Source: Kosakonia phage Kc263. From it: 40,000 nt of DNA. Location: sequence record MZ348422.1; one strand, 5' to 3'. A model generated the notes under the pieces. It was not told where the DNA came from and did not search any database. It saw only the letters and a program-made list of their open reading frames with translations. Both the position numbers and the translations under genes were made by a program. Positions 1 through 8,858 of this stretch are shown here, piece after piece (the first letter of the stretch is position 1; every line of letters starts with the position of its first letter).

Positions 1-1443
1 ACGAGCGTCACGAGATGCGATAGTGGTAGTGAGAATAGGGAAATGCACCGCCTTCTTATTATCGAACATCGGGTTAACAATGTTGACACGCAGCTTGATC
101 GACTCATACGTACGCAGACGTGTAGTATCCAGGTCATCCAGGCTATCCATGAATTGATAGTCCGAGAAGTCCTGTTGGGTGTCTTTGTCCAGAATGATGT
201 ATGGATCCGATTCCTCATTGAGGATATCTTTATGGAAATAGATAAAGTCGCCTGACTCATCGGTGGTGATGTAATCGGTATCGGCTCGGTTAACCACAAA
301 CCCTTTGGATGTTGCAGTACCGATACGGTGTTTGGTTTTCAGGATAGACTGACCAATTGGTTCGGCAAAGGTGGAGCCATAGAACAATCCAGGAACCGCA
401 CCTTTTAATGTATACGGGTTGTACGGAATCGCAGACTCCATCTTCCCGAAACATTTCGAACACGCTTTACCGTCGCGTCCGTGATTACACCAGGCCACCG
501 AGCGAATACGAATGGTGTCGCCGGTTTCCAGCTTTTCCAGTTCAGGGTAGGTCAGTAAGGTGGTGGATCCGTCTTCATTGATCATCCACTTACCAACCAG
601 GGATTTCTTAAACTCTTTACTGATGAGTTTAAGTACCGGACCTGTTGTAGAACCACAATCGGTCTGATAACGAATCCCCTGCACCACCTGAGACACGTTG
701 TGGATCTTTTTATGGAACCACTCGGAGTCTTGCAGCGCAGAGCCGTTACTGATCAGGGAGAAACCAGCGCCTTTGGAATCTCCCAAAGAGTCAGCCAGGT
801 TGGTGATCCCATCGGCATAACTGGTTTTAACTGTATTCGGGAGAATTACGTTGTTCAGATCGAATACGTCACCACGAGAGATGATCAACTGATAAGACTG
901 AACAGAGGAAACAGAACGGGTACGATAGAGCAGTCCGAAGACGTCTTTATCGAATTCCGGCTCGGTCATCATAATCTGTTCAAATTCTTTACCGGCGTCA
1001 GCCTGGCTGGTAATGCCTTCATCGACACGGCGTTTGAGATCAGCGATCTTTGGATGGCGATAGACATGCACAACGTTAACAGCACGTGCAGAAACTACCC
1101 CTACCTCTCCTTTAATTGAAAGATAGTTATGGCTTTGGTTATGCCACGTAAAGACCAGCTGTTTAATGAGATCGTAAAAAACAGGGTCGTCGTGTTTAAC
1201 CATTAACCGCCCAAGGAAATTGTCAATCGGTTTCTTAAGCAGGTCATCATCAATAAATGCCTGACGTCCCTTCACAGACCTAAGAACCGCGAGTTCATCA
1301 ATACAATACGGTTCGGTATTAAAATGACGATGGACTACTAAACTGAACCAAGTCAACGCTAACATCCAGGTATCGGTGATTTCCTTGTCACCATGATCAT
1401 CCATCACTTCAATTTTAACGCGTCGTTCGGTGAACTGAAGCAT
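1..1443 (-). CDS. Non-virion RNA polymerase beta'-like C-terminal part (phiKZ gp74-type), 3' end truncated by the window edge
   Basis: Manual minus-strand translation from ATG at 1443 (MLQFTERRVKIEVMDDHGDKEITDTW...) stays open to the window edge. It contains CNHGRDGKACSKCFGKM...VPGLFYGSTFAEPIGQSILKTKH, resembling the beta' C..C-CY-G...GxxAAQSIGEPGTQLTMRTFH region. The ORF track omits it because it has no stop in the window. Confidence 0.82.
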   Translation of the reverse strand, partial: MLQFTERRVKIEVMDDHGDKEITDTWMLALTWFSLVVHRHFNTEPYCIDELAVLRSVKGRQAFIDDDLLKKPIDNFLGRLMVKHDDPVFYDLIKQLVFTWHNQSHNYLSIKGEVGVVSARAVNVVHVYRHPKIADLKRRVDEGITSQADAGKEFEQIMMTEPEFDKDVFGLLYRTRSVSSVQSYQLIISRGDVFDLNNVILPNTVKTSYADGITNLADSLGDSKGAGFSLISNGSALQDSEWFHKKIHNVSQVVQGIRYQTDCGSTTGPVLKLISKEFKKSLVGKWMINEDGSTTLLTYPELEKLETGDTIRIRSVAWCNHGRDGKACSKCFGKMESAIPYNPYTLKGAVPGLFYGSTFAEPIGQSILKTKHRIGTATSKGFVVNRADTDYITTDESGDFIYFHKDILNEESDPYIILDKDTQQDFSDYQFMDSLDDLDTTRLRTYESIKLRVNIVNPMFDNKKAVHFPILTTTIASRDAR

Positions 1444-1459
1444 AGACAAGCAAGAGAGG

Positions 1460-3565
1460 TTAGCGAATTCCCGTAGTTTTATCGTCTTCACGTTCTTTCC
1501 TCAAAGTTAAGCCAAAATCAGAAAACATGTTGTCAATTACCTGAAGAGAATGGTTCTTCTTCTCTTCACCCGGTTTCACCAATTCCGGGATTAAGAACGG
1601 ATTGTCAGCACGGATGATACGTTTCACACCCATCTCCAACAATTCCGCTGAGTTCGCCAAAGCCAACATACGAACCGCAGCAGCACCGCCTTTCTGGTTA
1701 ATGAACAGACGACCTTCAGTTTCACCCACGTTTCGGTTTAACGTTGCACGATAGAAATCACGAGCACGTTCATGTTTCGACAGAGACGTAGGCAGACCAA
1801 AGATATTCAGTTTCGGTGTAGATTGACAAGAAATATCATCCCCGAACTTATCCAGCATGATGTAATACACACTGCTGATTACGATAGGGTGTCGAGTACG
1901 GATAGTTTCTCCGAACTCATTTTCATACGTAACCGGGGTGGGTTGAATCTCTGGATAGTTATCCACCAACCGCTCGATGATTTTCACACCTTGCAGGTCA
2001 TTGGTGTTGTTACCGAGGGCGCTGAATTCATTTTCGTCTTTCGCAATCCAGTGAAGATGGTTAATGCGCTGTTCTTCTGTGAACTTGTCAACGACCGCAG
2101 CTTGTTCAGGAGAAACGGTATCATAGAAATCGCGGGCAATTTTAAATGCTGCATCATAATTGCCGGCTTTGTACTCTGCCATGATCTTCGGATACAGATG
2201 GATATTGACAAAGTTGATGTCAAGTTCCATAAAGGAGTTATAAATTTGACGTTTATACCCCGGCGTGTTACCAACGATCATGTCTGCACGGTTTCCGTAA
2301 TCATCCACCGGAGCCATGTGGCTGGGGAGGATTTTCATGATAACGGATTTGTTTCCGTCCATCCCGGTATTTTTGAAACGAACTTTCCCTTCAACATCTT
2401 CACGCAGATGGATCTGAATACGCCAATCTTTCAACTGGATATTCCCCATCTTACGTTTCACCTTAGTAAACTTCCCGTTGCTGTTAGGCGTGGTAAAGTC
2501 ACGGGTGATACCACCGGCACCGTGGAAATGGATGAGGTTCCACAAATCTCTGGAGAGCGGGACTTTCTTGTTAATGTATTGGCGCTGTTTACTGCGATAC
2601 CAGGTTACCAATGCATTCGCGAAAGCGTTCTGCTCTTCTTCGATCCGCTCCAGGATCAACGTGTGGGGTTGGGTACGTTTCTCGGCACGTTTATTGTTGG
2701 ACAGGTTTTTATACCGCTCTGTTTCAACAACGATGTCGGCTACAACACAACCCGGTGAACTGTAGAACAGGATATCGTAAATCGGATCCGGTTCCATCAA
2801 AGCTTTCTTAGTTAAGGAAGCCATGGCGTTATCGGTATCTTTACGACGAAAACCCATCACGATCCCATCGGGACGTACACGTTGTCCGGACAGTGGGAAC
2901 GGTTGATGGTTGTTCAAATCACCGTACAGGTTAAGCGGAACATATTCATCTTCGTTCCACTGATGTTCGTGACTGCGTTTAAACGTTACCCCAATTTTCT
3001 TGGCATAATGTTCAAAGATAACTACGGCGTCCTCTTCGGTATAAACGTGGGACATCGCAGCAACCATGGTTTGGACACCAGGACACCACTCTCGGCTCTC
3101 GGTGATACGAGAAGAGGTGGCAAATACTGTGTTCTTACCGAATTTGGCTTTCTTCTGCAGTAGGCGGAGGAGATCATTGTTATAATGATACTCAAACCCG
3201 AGATCCATATTTTGAGCATTAAAACGGGGCATCTCGAGTAAATCATAAAGTCCGGTCTCAAGATCTTTAACGATAACGTAAATGGTCCCCCACATATTGG
3301 GTTCTTTATCGTTAAGGATATTCTTGACAAACAGAACTTCCTCGACCTCTATTTCAGAAGTGGTTTCAACCTTACGAGCTGTTCTAGCATACTCCTGCTC
3401 ATCACCAGAAATGTATTTACGGTTCGTGCTACCCCAAATAACGGCAGCCTTACCTTGGTTTTTACCGAGCATGTACAAACGAGATGGTGAGTTTACAGAT
3501 CGGTTGGTGTTCATCCCGATCGCCACACCCGCTGTGTTCGGCTTTATTTGGTTTTTCTGACTCAT
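1460..3565 (-). CDS. Non-virion RNA polymerase beta-like C-terminal part (phiKZ gp71-73-type)
   Basis: ORF of about 701 aa. FKNTGMDGNKSVIMKILPSHMAPVDDYGNRADMIVGNTPGYKRQIYNSFME mimics beta GRHGNKGVISKI.P.EDMP...G..VDI..NP.GVPSRMN.GQ..E. Start chosen at MSQKNQ; the track extends 4 codons to a GTG. TAGAGGT Shine-Dalgarno upstream. Confidence 0.82.
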   Translation of the reverse strand: MSQKNQIKPNTAGVAIGMNTNRSVNSPSRLYMLGKNQGKAAVIWGSTNRKYISGDEQEYARTARKVETTSEIEVEEVLFVKNILNDKEPNMWGTIYVIVKDLETGLYDLLEMPRFNAQNMDLGFEYHYNNDLLRLLQKKAKFGKNTVFATSSRITESREWCPGVQTMVAAMSHVYTEEDAVVIFEHYAKKIGVTFKRSHEHQWNEDEYVPLNLYGDLNNHQPFPLSGQRVRPDGIVMGFRRKDTDNAMASLTKKALMEPDPIYDILFYSSPGCVVADIVVETERYKNLSNNKRAEKRTQPHTLILERIEEEQNAFANALVTWYRSKQRQYINKKVPLSRDLWNLIHFHGAGGITRDFTTPNSNGKFTKVKRKMGNIQLKDWRIQIHLREDVEGKVRFKNTGMDGNKSVIMKILPSHMAPVDDYGNRADMIVGNTPGYKRQIYNSFMELDINFVNIHLYPKIMAEYKAGNYDAAFKIARDFYDTVSPEQAAVVDKFTEEQRINHLHWIAKDENEFSALGNNTNDLQGVKIIERLVDNYPEIQPTPVTYENEFGETIRTRHPIVISSVYYIMLDKFGDDISCQSTPKLNIFGLPTSLSKHERARDFYRATLNRNVGETEGRLFINQKGGAAAVRMLALANSAELLEMGVKRIIRADNPFLIPELVKPGEEKKNHSLQVIDNMFSDFGLTLRKEREDDKTTGIR

Positions 3566-3587
3566 AATGCTTAACACCTCTATGTAA

Positions 3588-3609
3588 GTTACACACAGAT
3601 AATATCTGC
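3588..3609 (-). promoter_or_regulatory. Promoter-like motif upstream of nvRNAP beta-type gene
   Basis: Minus strand GCAGATATTATCTGTGTGTAAC; near-copy at 39652-39673 (GCAGATATTATTAGTATGTAAC). Confidence 0.45.
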
Positions 3610-3646
3610 TTGATTATCTTTAGCGCAAAAATTATTGGAGTTACTC

Positions 3647-3991
3647 ATGCCTATCTCTCTTCCCGGAGGCAACGACTATTATTACAGTGATGAGTTCAAA
3701 ACGATCATACGGTCCTGTAAAGATGTTCTAGTTCAAAATGCCCAATTTAGCGAATTTGCTGATAACAGCATCCGTTTTGCGTATCGGTACAACTTTCATA
3801 AGTTCTTACGAAATCTACGGACGCAACGGTCTGAAACACCAGCAGTTCCAGAGGAGTTGATTTGGACCGTCAGCTACATTAATGGTATTGAAGATCCTAC
3901 ACAAGACTTCAGCCACCTAACGGGGATCCTCACGGTTAACATGGAGCTGGTTGACATGTTAATTCAGGCTACTCGTACTCGTCGCGAATAA
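3647..3991 (+). CDS. Hypothetical protein, 114 aa, isolated plus-strand gene inside the RNAP cluster
   Basis: ATG at 3647 preceded by GGAG with 8-nt spacing. The track start at 3635 is a TTG. Followed by a strong bidirectional-looking hairpin. Confidence 0.7.
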   Translation: MPISLPGGNDYYYSDEFKTIIRSCKDVLVQNAQFSEFADNSIRFAYRYNFHKFLRNLRTQRSETPAVPEELIWTVSYINGIEDPTQDFSHLTGILTVNMELVDMLIQATRTRRE

Positions 3992-4010
3992 AAAAAAGAA
4001 ACCAAGTAAT

Positions 4011-4038
4011 CTACCCCCTACTATACAGTAGGGGGTAG
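4011..4038. terminator. Bidirectional terminator-like hairpin between convergent genes
   Basis: CTACCCCCTACT-ATAC-AGTAGGGGGTAG, perfect 12-bp stem, A-rich on the left and T-rich on the right. Confidence 0.85.
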
Positions 4039-4061
4039 TTATTTACTTTTTACGTTTCTGA

Positions 4062-5567
4062 TTAATAACCGTTCAGGTCGGCATACCCGTTAGTGAGTCC
4101 GTTACCCACAGAGGTATTGTTCCCACTGTTAACGGTGTTCCAGTTATTCCCACCGTTGTTGTTAGGACCTGCCGGAACCATGCTACCGGTGTACGGATCA
4201 CGAACAAACCCGTTCGGTGTCATTCCACCGCCATTCCCAATCCCAAACATCGGGATACCGGAACCCATCGGCATTTGCTGTTGCATCATGTTCGGCATGA
4301 ACATGTTGGCCGGCACCATCATCCCGTTAACACTTACCATCCCCATTTGCTGCTGAGGTTGTTGGAAGTCTTCAGAAATGAAACGACCGTCTTCTGCCAG
4401 GCGACGAACACGCACCATACCGTTTGCGTTCAGGAATTTGTATTCGTAAATCCCGTTACTCTGGGAGTACTCACAACCCTGATAGGTTTCACCCGGAAGG
4501 GGATCCGGTGCACGCGGTGCAGAGGAAGGAACCTGACCTGCATTTTGAACTGTTTGGTTGTTACCGGAAGAAGTGTTGATTACTCCTGCTAGCGGATTGT
4601 AACTACTGATGCGTTGACCACCGCCATTGGAAGCTGGGGTTTCTGGTGCAGACGTCATGTTGTAGTTATTGTAATCCAGCGGTGGAATCAGTTTCTTGAT
4701 TTCACCAATTCCATCCAGTTCTTCCAGCCATTCCAGATCAACCCCATAAATGCCGATAGAATCGAACTCTTTACGGAACTTACCGATCAGGCTGTTCAGG
4801 TCAGAAACAACCAGCGCGTAAGAATGCAGGTATGCAATCAGTCGAGCTGCATCCGGCGAGGTCGCAGAATAGCGTTTACGGCTCGGATCGATAACGGCCG
4901 GGATCGCCAGCTCAAACAGTGCAATCACAATCTGCAATGCCTGCATGGAAACGTTCGCCCCGTTAAACGTCAGACGGTCACCGTGTTTCATGTGCTCGTT
5001 CTGGCTGACGGTACGATACAGTTCCGTATAGAACGGGAAGCTTGGCGTAGCCGTGTAATACGCGGTTTCGTCGTTATCTGTTTTTCCACCTTTAATAAGG
5101 GAGAAGTTGATCAGACGGGTATCGACGTTTTGATCTTCCAGGGTGATGGAAATCATTTTGATGACTTCATGCACTTCCTGACGCACGGCTTTGCTGATGC
5201 TTTTGAACGGCTCAAGCAGCTCCAGCATCTTCCCGTTTAGGGTTTTACCAGACTTCTTCCCTGCCACGTTAACGATCACATCAAAGATCGGCTGGAAGGT
5301 GCTGTAAATTTTTGCTGCCGTCAGTTTACGGATAACCTTGAAGATTTCCGTTTCTTTCGACATGATGGATTCACAGGCCGGATGGAAGAAGACTTTACCG
5401 ATCGTTACACCGTTCAGGTTTTCAGACGTAGGGAGATAAGTTTGCTTATCATCTACTTTTACCGGCACTTCTACTCCGCCCATATTCAGCATGAGTGCGT
5501 AATCCTCGGTAAAGCTTACACCCCAGGATTTCAGCATCGCTTCATACAGTTTGTTTAATTTGTTCAT
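4062..5567 (-). CDS. Conserved jumbo-phage protein of unknown function with Q/N/G/M-rich C-terminus (phiKZ gp70-type by position)
   Basis: 501-aa ORF between the gp69-type and RNAP beta-type genes. C-terminus QQQMGMVSVNGMMVPANMFMPNMMQQQMPMGSG...NNNGGNN. Confidence 0.6.
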   Translation of the reverse strand: MNKLNKLYEAMLKSWGVSFTEDYALMLNMGGVEVPVKVDDKQTYLPTSENLNGVTIGKVFFHPACESIMSKETEIFKVIRKLTAAKIYSTFQPIFDVIVNVAGKKSGKTLNGKMLELLEPFKSISKAVRQEVHEVIKMISITLEDQNVDTRLINFSLIKGGKTDNDETAYYTATPSFPFYTELYRTVSQNEHMKHGDRLTFNGANVSMQALQIVIALFELAIPAVIDPSRKRYSATSPDAARLIAYLHSYALVVSDLNSLIGKFRKEFDSIGIYGVDLEWLEELDGIGEIKKLIPPLDYNNYNMTSAPETPASNGGGQRISSYNPLAGVINTSSGNNQTVQNAGQVPSSAPRAPDPLPGETYQGCEYSQSNGIYEYKFLNANGMVRVRRLAEDGRFISEDFQQPQQQMGMVSVNGMMVPANMFMPNMMQQQMPMGSGIPMFGIGNGGGMTPNGFVRDPYTGSMVPAGPNNNGGNNWNTVNSGNNTSVGNGLTNGYADLNGY

Positions 5568-7111
5568 AATTTAAAATATGCCTCGAGATTAGAGAAGAAG
5601 TTTGAACCAGCCTGTTGAGCGGTCATGCTGTCACCGAGAACGGTGGCGGTAGTGTTTACCGCGAAGGTTGGGAAGACGCGGCTGATCATACCCGCCGGAA
5701 CACCAGTGTCTTCGATGTTGAACCCACAACCTTGATTACTTTCGTCCACCACCATGACGTTCACAATGCAGTTACCGAACAGTTCTGCCGTTACATCAAA
5801 ACGAATCGGCGTCATTTGGTTAAGACGCAGTCCGTTGATTTTGGCAAAGATCTGGTTACGCAAGTCGTTAATAAAGCCATCGAGTTTGCTCGGTAACATG
5901 AAGTCGTCTTGTTCCAGCGACATCGGGTTATACGGCAGAATCGTGATATTATCCAGAGGACCGTCACCTCCAAAACTGTCACAGTTAGAACCACGGAAGG
6001 AAATTTCAGATAACCCATACTTCATCATCAGATCAAGAATGTTGGCTTCGATTTCGTGAGCCATGAATTCCTGATAAGAACTGCCACCGAACCCTTCAGT
6101 ATCCAGGGTGAAGTCATTAACCTGATACTGCGTTGCATCCATCAGAACCAGGTCGAGCACTTCATTGAGGTTTTCAAATGCCATCAGCAAATCAGAAACC
6201 ATATAGCCTGTGAAGCCACGGTTGCTGGATCTGCCCATGATGGACATCATTTCGGCGAAGAAGTTGTCACGTAACAACTGCGGTTCGGTATTGCCAGCCT
6301 GATAGCTTACCCCACTCAGCGCGTCAAACATGTTGTCGCTATGGCCTTCGGTGTACCCAACGTCCATGGTGCCGTTACCGATCAGGTTATTACGCTGATA
6401 GTTGGTACTGGCTTTTAACAGGTCTTCAGCGTATTTAGACGGGTTCATGTTCTGGCGTTTGGATGCAATTACCCCAACGCGAGAAATGTCTGTTCCGGCA
6501 ACGGTAGTTTGCGGGACCATACCCGGAAGACCTTCATCTTCCATACGCTCCAGAATGTCACCTTGTGCAGCTTGTTCCATGGTGTAATCAATAACGTCAT
6601 TTGGGCGTAACGAAATCAAACTGGTGTTTGTGTTACCGCCGTCATTAAACAGATAATCAGTACGGTTACCGATATTGCGTTTAATGTTGGTTGGGTTATT
6701 GATGTCCATCGAACTGGTGATGGTTTCTTGCGTTTTCCAGGACATTGTCGGGTGGAACATTGCCCCCAGGCTTAGTCCGCTCATTCCTTCGTTGTTGCTG
6801 ACGTAGCCAACGACATTCATGTATTCAACCATAACCGGACTGTCTTGAGTTACAAAGGTCATGATCATGATACCGCGAGACGTATTCCAACCGTCTTTGA
6901 TTTCGGCGAAGGCGTTGGCCTGAGCATTCAGACCACCGGAGTACACTGCTGCACGTTGAATGGTGGATTGACTTACCCCACCGGCATAGTTTTCACTAAC
7001 CAGCTCATCGATGAGCTGACTATCGAGATCCATCACTGGGTTACGCACAACCTGATTTTGATAGTAGTTGGTTAAACCTGCACGTGCACTTACCAGACGA
7101 ATGCCACTCAT
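5564..7111 (-). CDS. Candidate nuclear protein-import factor (PicA/Imp1, phiKZ gp69-type) by synteny
   Basis: 515-aa ORF with TAGAGGTAGAGTAACA upstream of ATG. Position between gp68-type and gp70-type genes upstream of RNAP beta matches my recollection of phiKZ order. No diagnostic motif used. Confidence 0.5.
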   Translation of the reverse strand: MSGIRLVSARAGLTNYYQNQVVRNPVMDLDSQLIDELVSENYAGGVSQSTIQRAAVYSGGLNAQANAFAEIKDGWNTSRGIMIMTFVTQDSPVMVEYMNVVGYVSNNEGMSGLSLGAMFHPTMSWKTQETITSSMDINNPTNIKRNIGNRTDYLFNDGGNTNTSLISLRPNDVIDYTMEQAAQGDILERMEDEGLPGMVPQTTVAGTDISRVGVIASKRQNMNPSKYAEDLLKASTNYQRNNLIGNGTMDVGYTEGHSDNMFDALSGVSYQAGNTEPQLLRDNFFAEMMSIMGRSSNRGFTGYMVSDLLMAFENLNEVLDLVLMDATQYQVNDFTLDTEGFGGSSYQEFMAHEIEANILDLMMKYGLSEISFRGSNCDSFGGDGPLDNITILPYNPMSLEQDDFMLPSKLDGFINDLRNQIFAKINGLRLNQMTPIRFDVTAELFGNCIVNVMVVDESNQGCGFNIEDTGVPAGMISRVFPTFAVNTTATVLGDSMTAQQAGSNFFSNLEAYFKL

Positions 7112-7113
7112 TG

Positions 7114-8745
7114 TTACTCTACCTCTAAAGTGTTTGATAATTTAATAAGGTCCAGGAGTTCCCGTTTGATTTCTGGGACCAGGTCTACCTGATACATCTG
7201 ACCTGAGCTCATCAATGAAACAAACTTCTCATTCCCCAGCAGGCCCGGTTCGATGGTTGAATCCCATCCCGACGTGCTGAGTTCATCCAGGAAATCTGAT
7301 ACCGCTTTGACCAAAATGTTTTCTGTACTGGACGTGGATTGCCCAATATAGATGTCACACATTTCTGCCAAGGCCTCACGGTCTTTGGTTGACAGTTTAA
7401 AATCGTCATCCAGGAACATAGGAGGATAACTTGGATTACGAACAATCGAACACAGTTGTGCCAGATGTTCAAACCCGAGTTCGTATAACTTCACCTGAGC
7501 CAAACAGATCGCCGCCATCAGCTGATCGTAGTTTAACGCCGGGTACAGGTTATAGTTGATGTCTCCCTTAAATACAAGCTGTAGTAGCTTTATATGTATC
7601 AAGGTTAACCGGAAATTCCAGATACGCGGAAGTGTGTTAAACAGTCTTTCCGCAAGTTGTTGATCTCGAATCCCTAACCCTAAACACTGGTCATGGAAGA
7701 AATCTTTCGACTTACGAACAAACTCGGTTTTTGGATCTCCGAATTCATCGACGCCGTCAACTTCGATATATAAGGAATACGTAAAATATTCCGCCTGCGC
7801 GATTTCATCAGTTCCGTTAACCGCCTGGGCGATACGGTAGCTTTCTGGAATCGATTGGTCATCAGAACCTGGCTTAGGGTCATTAAAGGTTTTGAACTTC
7901 ACCTCTGACCCGCCTCGAATCTCCCCTTCCACCAGTGAGTTCAATTCTTTCGAAAGGTTCTTGCCGCTGACCTTGCTTGGCAAAAATGTCAGACACAGTT
8001 TATTGAACAATCCCTTATACACGATGTAATCAATGTACTTGGTTTCACTCAACACCGCGATGCTGTTTCGCCGACCTTCTTGACGCAGGCACGATGCTCG
8101 AACATAGGTATCGAGAATCTTCCAGCCTTCCATGTCAGTCAACGCCTTGATACGAGAAATCAAGTGCTCACCGGCAATGGCATCTTTAAAGTCTTTCCCC
8201 GCCACATTTGTCACGTGATCCAACAGCTGGTTGACAATGGGGAAGGAAGCTTGTGCAGCAAACGCGAACTTGACCAGCTCGCCATACTTGCGATTATCGA
8301 TGGTTGTTTCTTCTGGGTAATCCCCCAGCTGAGACATGGCCATCAGATCTTTCGGCGCTTCGGTACGTCCAGTGACGGTGGCACCATACGCAATATCGCT
8401 TGGCGGGATGATCCGGTAAATTTCATTGATTACCTTTTCAAGCCGGCTGGTCAGGAACTTGTAGTCCTGGTTGTTTTTGCGGTACTCTTGCAATTCTTCT
8501 GAATCAGGTTCGTCAAAATACCCCGGTTCTAAAATGCGCTTACCCGCTTTCAGCTGTTCCCACAATTGATCAAGTTGGGTGTCGGAACAACCTTGAAAGA
8601 ATTCATTCAGGTATTCAAACAGTTCCTGGTTGGCGTCCCCGCCATTAACCTTTTGTACGCCACGAAAGATAATCTCTTCATTATTGTGTTTAATCACAAT
8701 AGCGTCGATGTTTTTCTTTCCGGACATTCGAGTATCATAACGCAT
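7114..8745 (-). CDS. Candidate fifth nvRNAP subunit (phiKZ gp68-type) by size and synteny
   Basis: About 543-aa ORF. Start reassigned to MRYDTRMSG because GAGGA lies 8 nt upstream of that ATG; the track start is MAKRILIM. Position matches the phiKZ gp68-gp74 block. Confidence 0.5.
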   Translation of the reverse strand: MRYDTRMSGKKNIDAIVIKHNNEEIIFRGVQKVNGGDANQELFEYLNEFFQGCSDTQLDQLWEQLKAGKRILEPGYFDEPDSEELQEYRKNNQDYKFLTSRLEKVINEIYRIIPPSDIAYGATVTGRTEAPKDLMAMSQLGDYPEETTIDNRKYGELVKFAFAAQASFPIVNQLLDHVTNVAGKDFKDAIAGEHLISRIKALTDMEGWKILDTYVRASCLRQEGRRNSIAVLSETKYIDYIVYKGLFNKLCLTFLPSKVSGKNLSKELNSLVEGEIRGGSEVKFKTFNDPKPGSDDQSIPESYRIAQAVNGTDEIAQAEYFTYSLYIEVDGVDEFGDPKTEFVRKSKDFFHDQCLGLGIRDQQLAERLFNTLPRIWNFRLTLIHIKLLQLVFKGDINYNLYPALNYDQLMAAICLAQVKLYELGFEHLAQLCSIVRNPSYPPMFLDDDFKLSTKDREALAEMCDIYIGQSTSSTENILVKAVSDFLDELSTSGWDSTIEPGLLGNEKFVSLMSSGQMYQVDLVPEIKRELLDLIKLSNTLEVE

Positions 8746-8813
8746 TATTAAAATCCTCTTCGCCATTACATATCAATAATATTCTTCTGAAAATATTTAG
8801 CGAAAGCAAAAAA

Positions 8814-8839
8814 CCTAGAGAGGGAATTCCCTCTCTAGG
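8814..8839 (-). terminator. Rho-independent terminator downstream of SSB-like gene
   Basis: Perfect 26-nt palindrome CCTAGAGAGGGAATTCCCTCTCTAGG followed on the minus strand by TTTTTTG. Confidence 0.85.
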
Positions 8840-8858
8840 CTGGGTAGAAGAATACTAT

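Noticed and set aside
1772-2758. 328-aa plus-strand ORF antisense to RNAP beta
   Set aside because: The overlapping minus-strand frame has RNAP motifs; the antisense product shows no coherent domain.
4614-5240. 208-aa plus-strand ORF antisense to the gp70-type gene
   Set aside because: Antisense shadow; the minus-strand frame is longer, has an in-context start and fits operon packing.
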